Below the pieces are notes generated by a model. It worked only from the letters and a program-made list of their open reading frames with translations, made no database searches and was not told the origin of the DNA. Shown here piece after piece: positions 54,662 to 64,000 of a stretch of DNA of 64,000 nt. The DNA lies in NCBI RefSeq assembly GCF_000181795.1, contig NW_003526943.1:3092707-3156706 (forward strand), written 5' to 3'. The stretch comes from Trichinella spiralis. Lineage: Eukaryota. Within the stretch, counting starts at the first letter, position 1; every line of letters starts with the position of its first letter. The position numbers and the translations under genes are program-made.

Positions 54662-55869
54662 CTTCAAGCTTTTGATATGCTTTTATTGAAAGTTATTTAA
54701 GCGTAACGGTGTAATTAAAATTGGTGTTCAACTCAACTGATAAAAATTACTATTCATTGCCACGTAACAAATATATAAAAATAGAAGTAAAAAAACATGA
54801 TAATACTTTATTTAATTTTGAACTGCGCGCAAAAATATAGACATTCAAGTATATAGGATTAGGACTGAGCATAGCCAGTGGCAAATCAAAATCAAAGTAG
54901 ATTGCACAGACAAAACAAGTGCAAGAAAACAAGGCTAGTAACAATGATCAAGTCGGCCGATCAAATCTAACCGATCAACTCTGGTTTATCAAAAACGATA
55001 GCTAAAGTAGTTAGTTTTCACTACAAACAGCCATTTCTGAATGTGAAATATTTCATCTTTGCTAATTTTCTTTATTAACTCTCTGTTAGATTTTTGGTGT
55101 TAAACTTATCCTAGGGAACTATTTTTGATTTACTCAGTCATACTCAATGGATATCACTTGAAAAAATTTTGACATCTCTTTTGAAACATAAAGACACTTT
55201 TAAAAGCAAAATTCAAATTTTAAAGTCTTTTTGTTAAAGTCCTACAGCTTCTCAAATCGCAATGCACGCTTTTACATTTAAAAAGTCAGATTGACTCAAG
55301 TCCTAAAATTTTGATTAAAGCAAACAAGTTTCGCAAATGTCCGTTGGTTTAAGTTTTATCATGAGTTGGTATTAATGATACAGCATATTTGTTATTTATA
55401 ATGCATGCATCATCGTAAATTTTTATGATACTGAACTGCGATTTTACAGGAAAATGGATACCATAGAATGGCATATTGTAAAAAACAAATTACATAATCT
55501 CCAGCGTGCTGACAACAGCTGCTACATAGTGCAACTACATAAGTATTTGCTTGTGCACAACGATCATGTATACTATGATCTCCCTGGGACTACAACAGTT
55601 GCTACTCATTTACCAGGACATTATGTCCAGCGCGTATCTGCACAACTGCAGCAACTGTCTATGATCCAGCAATAATCTACACTTTGAACATGTGACAGGA
55701 AAAATATTTGATAGACAGGTAATGATCCACAGTTGCTTCCAACCAGCTGTTTCAAACTTGTGTAAGTAGCTCATTTTTCAGCTGATTGCAACTTGTAGAT
55801 GCCGACTTCTGATCAAGTGACGTTACTTTCTTTTGTAAATATGATCGTGCATTAGTACTTCTTTATTAT

Positions 55870-56540
55870 TGTGGATGAAATTGAACGCAGTTCCGTTATA
55901 AATGAGCTGAGTAAATTAGGAAGTAGCTCTACTGATGATTTTGATGATGATGTCTCTTTCTGTCTGGATCAAGAAGAGGATCTGATTACTTCTTCAACAT
56001 CAGCAACAGATGAGACATCATAAGACACTTCACTCGCTTCTGTTGGAGAGTCATTCACGTCTATATGAGGTTGTGCTTGGGCGACAAAAGTAGCTAAAAC
56101 TATCAGGAACCCTAAGAGAATCTCCAGCAATTGTCTGCTGTCCAAATGCCTGGAGCCATTTTCAAAATGCAGATCTCACCTGATATTACTAACATAGTCA
56201 TGTGTGAAACAAATAGGGGAGCAGAAAGTGCTCATCAGAAATGGAATAAAAGTCAACCAGGAGCAATATGATCGTAGAAACCAACTGGCGAGAAGATATA
56301 TATGCATTTATCAGCTTGCTAATAATTGCAAGTGTGTACAGATCATCTTGGTTTTTCAGTTATGGTCACTAAATAATAGCAAACCAATATGACCAATATG
56401 GCAGAGACCAGATTTAAAAGTTTGTTAAGATTTTGCACATTTGAGCAGTCAAGTACCAAAGCATCCCAACTGCAGAGTGACAAGTTAGCTGCCTTCCGTG
56501 TGGTCTGGACAATGTTCATTGAGAATTAAAAAAAATTGTA
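55870..56540 (+). pseudogene. piggyBac-type transposase relic (N-terminal half)
   Basis: Acidic N-terminal stretch, then FKMQISPDITNIVMCETNR, EDIYAFISLLIIASVYRS, LWSLNNSKPI, MAETRFKSLLRFCTFE..DKLAAFRVVWTMFIEN*KKLY, with stops and frameshifts. Confidence 0.8.
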
Positions 56541-57004
56541 CAATCGGCTCTCAACATTGTCAGGTTCAACATTCGCGGATTTATGATGAGGTGACTAATA
56601 TGACTGCAAGAAGCAGAGTAAATAAAAACTGTAGTTCATTATCCAGCGTATCGATGACCATTGATGAATAATCTCGTTCGGAACAACGGCGGAGGACGTA
56701 GACGTTGTTAATGAAAAAAAAGAAGAAGCAACTTTCGATAGCAATGTTTTTTTCAAAGAGATGGTCTATTCACTTTTGGCAAACTTGCACACAGGAACAC
56801 ACGATTCAGATAGTTATGGACTCAATCGAATGAATTTTAAAAAATTAATATGGAATAAATACTAACCTGCAAATCAGTAGACGTTCTGTATTATCCAACG
56901 CAATTTTCAGGCAATTGCGTATTACTATAACGCAAATATTCACGTAAATTCGACATTAGCGGTACCATCGGAACGCGTATGCCGCGAATGTTGAGGGAGA
57001 TCTG
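56541..57004. mobile_element. Tc1/mariner-pogo type MITE
   Basis: TA|CAATCGGCTCTCAACATT ... AATGTTGAGGGAGATCTG|TA, i.e. TA TSD with imperfect TIRs; subterminal TTCRACATTMGCGG repeats near 56562 and 56949. Confidence 0.7.
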
Positions 57005-57839
57005 TATATGTTATGTTATATATGGATCTATATATGTTTTATATGACTTTACAAACTTGATTATCAGTTTCTTCATCAGTTTTGTACTTTTGAAATTAAT
57101 TCTTTAATGCAGCATTCATGGTAGATTTTCACTTTTTAAAAACATCATTAGTATATGAAATAATAAAATAGACATAATTTTCGCTTCAGCTTAAATAATA
57201 TAAAATATTAAACAAAATAAAAATAAAAGCAAAAAATTACATATTTATTACTAATATTTCAATTAAACGCCATAAAAAAATTCTATTTGAATTGAACGAG
57301 TGCTTATTATGATTTTGAATTGAATTAAATGAGGTTATTTAAATAAAGCAGAAGCTATAAAATTGCATTAAAATGACAAGCAACCTATTAGTATTTAATT
57401 AGTATCATTAATAATTAATTAATTAATCATTAATATCAGAATTATAATTATGTAATTTTGTATTTATACTGATTGATAAATCAATAATTTGTATACTACT
57501 TTATTTTCATTTAATGTTTTCAAAATTTCTACAATAAAAATATACTGTGCGAAAAGTTACGTAATCAAATTTTTTTGACATTGCATTAATTTATATTTTT
57601 AATTATATTTATATTTTTAAGGTTAATTAATTTATAAATTTTAAACTTTTATATTTAATTAAATTTAAATTAAACTCACTGATAATATACTGTAATGTCA
57701 ATCATCTGTTTTCGTAAATTAGAATTAAAAAAATATTAATAATATTATTTATTATGAAATTTAATCAAATTATTTATAAATTAAAAAAATTTTATACTGA
57801 TGTTTAGTACAAAAGTTTACAAAAAAAAGTATCGATATC

Positions 57840-57852
57840 AGGTCAGAGTTCA
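57840..57852 (+). promoter_or_regulatory. Nuclear-receptor DR1 element AGGTCA-G-AGTTCA
   Basis: Consensus DR1 about 210 bp upstream of the distal E78 ATG, at the edge of a very AT-rich tract. Confidence 0.5.
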
Positions 57853-58064
57853 TTGTTACTGTATAAATGTAGCTTGAATGTCCATTTTACGGTGTATCGG
57901 AATGCTATTGTTTGATTTGTTGCTTGTTTACAGGGAACATTGTCTTTTCCTTATATGTCCGTTGTTATGATTGTGACCATTTGTTGACATTGGAGTGTTG
58001 CGAATGTTTAGATCATAACTTTGTTAACAGCATATTAATTGATTTAATCGTAGATTACGGGTAA

Positions 58065-58311
58065 ATGGAGGAAGATATAACGATTTTGAACATGGAATCT
58101 GGCATGCTGTCCACTCCAATGAAAACCACCTACACATCACTGCCAACAACAAGTAACGAAGGAAATCAAGTATGGACAGACTTTAGCAATGACAACGGCT
58201 ATGTCATGAATTACGATGCGCACATGTTTAATACAATGGGAACATCTACGGCTTTTTCGCCGGAATTTTCGCCAGAATTTTCGCCACCTCAGGAACCAAC
58301 ACCAATTGATC
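58065..58311 (+). CDS. Candidate distal alternative first coding exon of the E78 receptor
   Basis: ATG in AAAATGG context; S/T/P-rich 82-codon open frame; strong phase-1 donor C|GTAAGT compatible with the acceptor at 61367. Confidence 0.6.
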
Positions 58312-59799
58312 GTAAGTATTTTATGAATTTTTTGAGTATTTTTCAGTTTGTGGTGTAAAAATAATCAACAGTGATAAATGTTGCAAACAGTTAGCTAGAT
58401 GAACACATCATCGGTGCCATTTTCTATGAATATTATGTAATACTTTACGATAGTTGATAGTTGAAAATTTGTAGTTTAACTTACGTGATTTTTTATCATA
58501 CAAACAAGTTGATACTTTGGGGTATAATATCACGTGCTATGAAGGTGTTTTTCTAATTTTTCAATGCCTTCACACATGTTGTATACAATCATGTTGGCTA
58601 CTGTATGTAACATGCAAAATGTGCAAATGAATTGTTGTCTGTAGTTTAATATTTTGAATATTGCAACTGTTGTTTTATTTGCATTTGTGTGTGACAATGT
58701 AATTTTTGTATATATTGTGAATTAATTTTATACCAAAATTGGCTACAGAAAAAAATGCAATATTTTTTCTTTGTGATTAGCTACTGTGCCAGGAATTAGC
58801 GAAGCTTTCTGTTAGACGTACGTAACATTTTTAGTTGTTGTTTCTAGAGTATTCTGAGAGATTAGCAGAGATGTGCGAAGTAATTTTTTGTGTAATATAA
58901 AGTGGAAATATTTTTAAGAAAAATTTTCAATCTCCATTAAACACGACATATGTATGATAGAAATGGAAAAGGGATTGTTGTCAATTGAGAAAAATACAGT
59001 AATGAATCGAATTCTCCACCATTGAAGATGATGTTTGCTACTGATTCTAGTAGCTTATTTTTGCATTTTAACTTTGCCCATTATTCTTCTTTCGGCTGAC
59101 CAGTGGTCACCGATTGTACAGTCGATGAATGATGCTTCTTATTATTGTTTTTTTTCCGTGCAAGCTAACCGTTCAATTCCAAAACCGCTTTGTCATTTCA
59201 GAACTAGCCGTATCGCCTCTTTGTTGTGCATGCATATATGCTTGTTTTTGTGTGAGATTTTGTTTGTCGGGTATAAAATATCTCGTCCGGGTGGGTACGC
59301 GTGTTTGTTTGTTCGGCTCCAGCGACGTTCGCACGGACGCGTATGGCGCGCCCGTGTCTGCTTCAGACCGTGGTTGTTGACTTTGTCTGGCCCGGCTTGA
59401 CCGGCACTGTTATTTATTGTTTGTCCGGCAAACAGCCACTCCACGTAAACAACAAAACTGCAACAATTCACTTTGCAATTTTGACTTTTCCAATCTTCAC
59501 TGTACAGTTGGCTCTGGTCTGGTCTGGTGGTATGTTTTTACAATCGTGTGGTATTTATCCACAGTTTTCTTACGTTGGTGAGTTATAATGTTTTGTCATT
59601 TTGCTTTTTAATGTGCAACGGTGGTCCATGTTATATTTCCCCCCTCCCTCTCTCAATCTTTCTTTATCTCTCTCTATCTCTGTGTTTTTATTTCTCTCTT
59701 TTATCATCAGATTCCCTGCAGAGAAGATTGATTGGAGGGCAAGTTTCCTGGTTGCTGGGGCTTTTCGTATTATTATTAACGCTAGTGGACCCTGGTTAG

Positions 59800-59810
59800 T
59801 GACCTAGTTT
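59800..59810 (-). promoter_or_regulatory. RORE/RevRE monomer site AAACTAGGTCA
   Basis: Matches WAWNTRGGTCA, the HR3/ROR and E75/Rev-erb class consensus; overlaps an imperfect IR1 (TGGTTA-G-TGACCT). Confidence 0.5.
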
Positions 59811-60055
59811 TTCAGCGACCGCGATCGGTCAGCAGAGATTGGAATGGCGCCACAGATCTTGACAGAGGCACAACGCATAGGCAATACACACAGATCGAGA
59901 GAGGGCAGTATCATAATATGATCGATTGTTGCCCGTAGGGACGAGTGAGAAAAAGGTGAAAGCGGCAGCAGTTGGAGAGCAGCAGCGATAGCGAAATTGT
60001 AAAAGTATGAAAACGACAGTATTCACAGAGGCGGCCTGTGCAATGTCAGCAGCTT

Positions 60056-60070
60056 GGGTTCAATGAACCC
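60056..60070. promoter_or_regulatory. Perfect IR1 palindrome GGGTTCA-A-TGAACCC (EcRE-type)
   Basis: 7-bp arms with a 1-bp spacer; fits RG(G/T)TCA-N-TGA(A/C)CY; about 360 bp upstream of the ATG at 60430. Confidence 0.6.
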
Positions 60071-60429
60071 CGCTGCCGCTGTCGTGCAGGTCAGAAATGC
60101 ACAATGCGCGTCTGTCTGTAGCACATCCGCGCTACCCTGTGGAAGGAGCCTTTGTCGTTCGTGTCGGGTTCAACGTGAAGTGACGTAATCGGCCGGCTCA
60201 GTTCGCCCCATTCGGCACCGTATCCCGTGCAATTTTTGCTCTTTTCGCCCGCTCGCTGCGGCTGAGGTTCTTACCGAAAACGGTCAGCTTGTAAAAAGAG
60301 CTAAATTAATATTTTTTAAAAAAATATATACCAAAGAAAAAAACAACAAACACTTCGCTTCTTCTTCTTCTTCATCTTCTTCCATATTTCGCCTCGTTGC
60401 TGATGATCGAAGATCGGCGTTACTGTACG

Positions 60430-62288
60430 ATGGAGGAAACTGGTGCCGGAGGCGGTCGAGAGTCGACGTTCGTCATGAACGATTCGATGTTCAAGGATTT
60501 GTACCCCAGCAATGAGCCGACTGGCGTCGATTCGGTTCAGCTTCCTTATTACAACGGCAAAACGACCGCCACTGGAGAACAACAACATTACACTCCATTG
60601 TCCGCTTATCCATGTCCGCCGCCTCAGTATAATGCTTACACGTCGACGCAACAATCTGGTCTGCATTTGATTCAGACCCCAACTCCCGGTTTTAGTAGTT
60701 CCGGTAATTTTTGTGGCTCTTACCCTGCCCAGGGTTCGTCCACGTCTGCTTCTTCATTGTTGTACGGGTCGCATGTGGCTGTACCGGACAGTACGACCAA
60801 TTTAACTCCACAGCAGCAGCAGCAGCAACAACAACAACAGGGCGTGGTCATGCATCCCAAAACCGATCGGCCCGATATTTCAGCCAACATGCCCGTATCC
60901 GGGTATTATGATACAGCGACGCACCAGGGTTCTGTCGATGATTATTCCTATGCATCGAAATTCTCTTCCAGCAGTAAGCAATTCGAACCTGAAAAAACAA
61001 TATTCATTTGTTTGTTTATTTATTTTTGTTTGGTTTTGTTTTTTGCTTAGTTTTTTTCCTATTCCATCAGCATTAGTTAGTTATTTTATATATATTTACA
61101 CTTATTGTCAGTGGTATGAGAAGAATTTACTATCCAACACCTATCATTCTGCTCGTGTAGTTCTTCTTATTTTTGATAAATTTAGAGATATAGATTTAGC
61201 AAAGAACAAATGGTGGAGGTAATGGATTTTTTCAGCTTAAAAAATTTTACATTTCACATTCCGATGCAGAAATGGGATCATTTTGTATTCTGTGTGTACA
61301 TTAAATTCAATATTCAAGTGAAAAATTGATGAGTTTGAAATTTTTCATTTCTTTTTGTTTTTTTAGAAGGCAATTACACCCCTAACAACAGCAGCGGCAA
61401 CGTTAACAGCAGCAGCAGCAACAACAACAACAACAACAGCAGCGTTCTTCCTATTCTTAACGATCCCGCTGTTGCCACTGCATCGACAGCTGGGGGAAAT
61501 CAAAAAGCATTCGTGCCTTGCAAAGTATGCGGCGATAAAGCATCCGGCTATCATTACGGCGTCACGTCGTGCGAAGGCTGTAAGGTAAAGTTTGCACTTT
61601 ACTTATTTATTGTTGATCTTACGTATTATTTCCAATCTTTTGCATTGTAATAAAATAAATAAATATATATATATATATATAAATTTTATTGAATGAAAAG
61701 ATTTTTGCTTTTGTTTTCACATTATGATAAGTACAATGCAAATTGTTGGAGAAGAGCAGCTAATTGTTGATGACCTGATTTTTGTAGCTCTTACTCCTGC
61801 GATGATGTTTATTATACTGTACTTGCTCCACACTGGGTTGGTTTTCGATGACCTGCGTTCCGTTTTTTTCTGTTTAAAATTCTTTATCTTTTTTTCATAT
61901 TTATTCAGTTTATTATAAAAGAAAAAAATTAATAATTTTGAATTGAAAGCTGAATAGAGAATAATCGTTTTTTTGGGGGGGGGGCGGGAGTATGCTTGTG
62001 CTGTACTGTACTGTGCTGGCGTGTGAACCGGACGCGTTTGCGTTTCCAAGGTCATTAGCCAAAATTTTGCGGTGCTGTGCCTGGCACGCTTGTGCAGTAG
62101 AAAGTGCAATTTGCCGGACGTGGACCTATCAGAAAACCTGAGGGAATTGTAAATTCCTGTTGAGTGACAACACAAAATAATTCAACTCATTTCCAGGCAT
62201 ATTTGAATATAATGAAATTTTTTTTCATTCAATGATTCATTCTTGATAAATTTTTCTTGCTTTTCTTCTTTGTCTCTTTATCATTATG

Positions 62289-62324
<36 letters not shown>

Positions 62325-64000
62325 GGCAATTGTTTGTTATTTATTTTCTTTGGTATGTCAGCTGATTGTCAGCAATGATCGCTTCATGTACGGATCTGGA
62401 ATTTCCAGATTGTCATAGCGATCGTATTGATAAGCAAGTATAATTTTTGTCATTGTTGTCCATTTTGAACCGGTGGTCAACGGTCAGTTGTGTATTGGGG
62501 TTGTTTCAGTGGTAATTGTTGAACGATTTGCAAAATGATCTATGCTCTGTTTTGCAGGGCTTCTTTCGAAGAAGCATTCAAAAGCAAATTGAATATCGTT
62601 GCTTGCGCGACGGAAAGTGTCTCGTTTATCGTTTGAATCGCAATCGATGCCAATATTGCCGATTTAAAAAATGCCTTGCCGTTGGAATGTCTCGCGACTG
62701 TAAGTAACAATTTATTTATTTATTTATTATTATTTTTTGCTTATTTGTTTCATTTTATTAGCTTCTTTGTTTTTCAGTTTACATTGAATAATTACACATT
62801 TCAACACCAATAGTAATTATAATAATTTATTAGTTCAGGCTGTAAAGATTACTGTTCTTTTTGAAATATGTTAATGGACGATAAACGGTGAATGCTGCTT
62901 TGAAACGACAAATATTGAAAACATTTGCTTTATTTTTTAGTTTGCGTTTATCGTGAAAGTTTTATACATTTTAATTATTGCTTCTCAATAAATCTTGAAC
63001 TGTTCATCTAGTTTACAGGAATGATACAGTTGCACATTGCATTGAGCATACTGTTGATAATGATTGCAGAAAACGTTTGAATTTTTGTGAAACTTATTTT
63101 GTGGTAATTTGAAATTTAAAGTTGCTTTTTTTCAGCTGTTCGCTATGGTCGCGTTCCGAAACGTTCTCGTGATCGAATGCAAGAAGATGTCAGGGTAACA
63201 TCGATGACTGGAGAATCAGAAGTTGATAATGAAGTGGAAAAGCATCAGTTGGCATTGTATGACATCATTCTGAGCGTTTCTCAGGCTCACCATTCTAATT
63301 GCAATTATGCTGAAGACAAAGTTCGTAATTTATCTCATCGGCCAATGCATTTTGTAAGTGTTTGTTATTATTCAGTAGTATTATTAGTGTACATTGTAAT
63401 GATAAAATTGACTGTTTTAAGCCAATAGAACGCCGTTTCACGATGACGAATGGCGAACGCTTGATACCTATTGGGAACATGATGGAACAGCAGAAAATTG
63501 TCATGTGGGAAACATTATCCCAATATATAACACCTGAAGTGCAACGTGTGGTTGAATTCGCCAAAAGACTTCCACGTAAATAATAAGTTGAAAATTGAAA
63601 GCAGTATTTTTTTCTTATTGTATTTGGTTATTTTATTTGATCATTTTTATTGTTTACAGATTTCACCGACTTTCTGCAAGGCGATCAGTTGGTTTTGATA
63701 AAAGGAGGATTTTTTGAAGTTTGGCTTATAAGAATATCGCGCATGTTGAACGTACAATTCGGCACAATGACAATGTGCGACGGCAGCTTTCTTGGACGTG
63801 ATCAGCTCGACGTCATTTACAATGTATGACAAGCATTTTTTAATTTCACGATTCCATTATTTCATTATTTTTTTTAAACTTTTAGCCAGATCTTGTCAAT
63901 GCGATATTCCAATTTGCTGCGGGGTTTAACAATATGCATCTCAATGACGGCGAAATTGGGCTGTTTTCTGCCGTTGTGCTGTTGTCAGCTGGTAAGAAAC
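60430..64000 (+). CDS. Eip78C: Ecdysone-induced protein 78C (E78, NR1E) nuclear receptor, 3' end runs off the window
   Basis: Exons 60430-60973, 61367-61584, 62558-62699, 63136-63353 and further LBD exons. [87 protein letters not shown] is near-identical to recalled insect E78. [41 protein letters not shown]. Confidence 0.92.

Noticed and set aside
58252..58287. Three 12-bp tandem repeats TTTTCGCCRGAA resembling E2F sites
   Set aside because: They fall inside the candidate coding exon and encode FSPE repeats; a regulatory role is unsupported.
59035..60026. Short Cys/Phe-rich ORFs upstream of E78
   Set aside because: Low-complexity promoter/intron sequence with no coherent exon chain.
1..64000. 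CRISPR arrays, rRNA, tRNA or prokaryotic systems
   Set aside because: No regularly spaced repeat-spacer array or recognisable structural RNA seen by eye; the window is intron-rich eukaryotic DNA. A tRNAscan/Infernal run would be needed to exclude small RNAs.

Overview
AT-rich eukaryotic genomic DNA with short GT-AG introns and TTTCAG-like acceptors. It is most consistent with a clade I nematode such as Trichinella; this is an inference from composition, gene content and the FLYWCH-MULE elements. Spliced genes in order: CCT7 (partial, -), TCERG1/tcer-1 (-), casein kinase I delta/epsilon (+), a BOD1/Shg1-domain protein (+), ribose-5-phosphate isomerase (+), a secreted astacin-EGF-CUB protease (+), a BMP2/4/dpp ligand (+), SNRNP27 (-), MIC60/mitofilin (+), IMMP1L (-), a PRXL2B/prostamide-PGF-synthase-like redoxin (-) and an E78-type nuclear receptor (+, partial). 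Mobile DNA: three copies of a Mutator-type MITE, two with 9-bp target-site duplications (TSDs) and one flanked by a ~90-bp duplication, plus a nested transposon cluster at ~49-57 kb (two MULE pseudogenes, a piggyBac relic and a pogo/Tc1-type MITE). The most interesting signals are cis-regulatory. The E78 gene has two phase-compatible first exons: one is preceded by a perfect DR1 site, the other by a perfect IR1 ecdysone-response-element palindrome plus a RORE. The BMP gene has a GC-rich upstream island with two composite Smad1/5-N5-Smad4 sites. Also seen: a candidate spliced 36-aa membrane microprotein upstream of MIC60, and candidate micro-exons giving a short-tailed CK1 isoform. Exon boundaries were read by eye and homologies recalled from memory; no searches were run.
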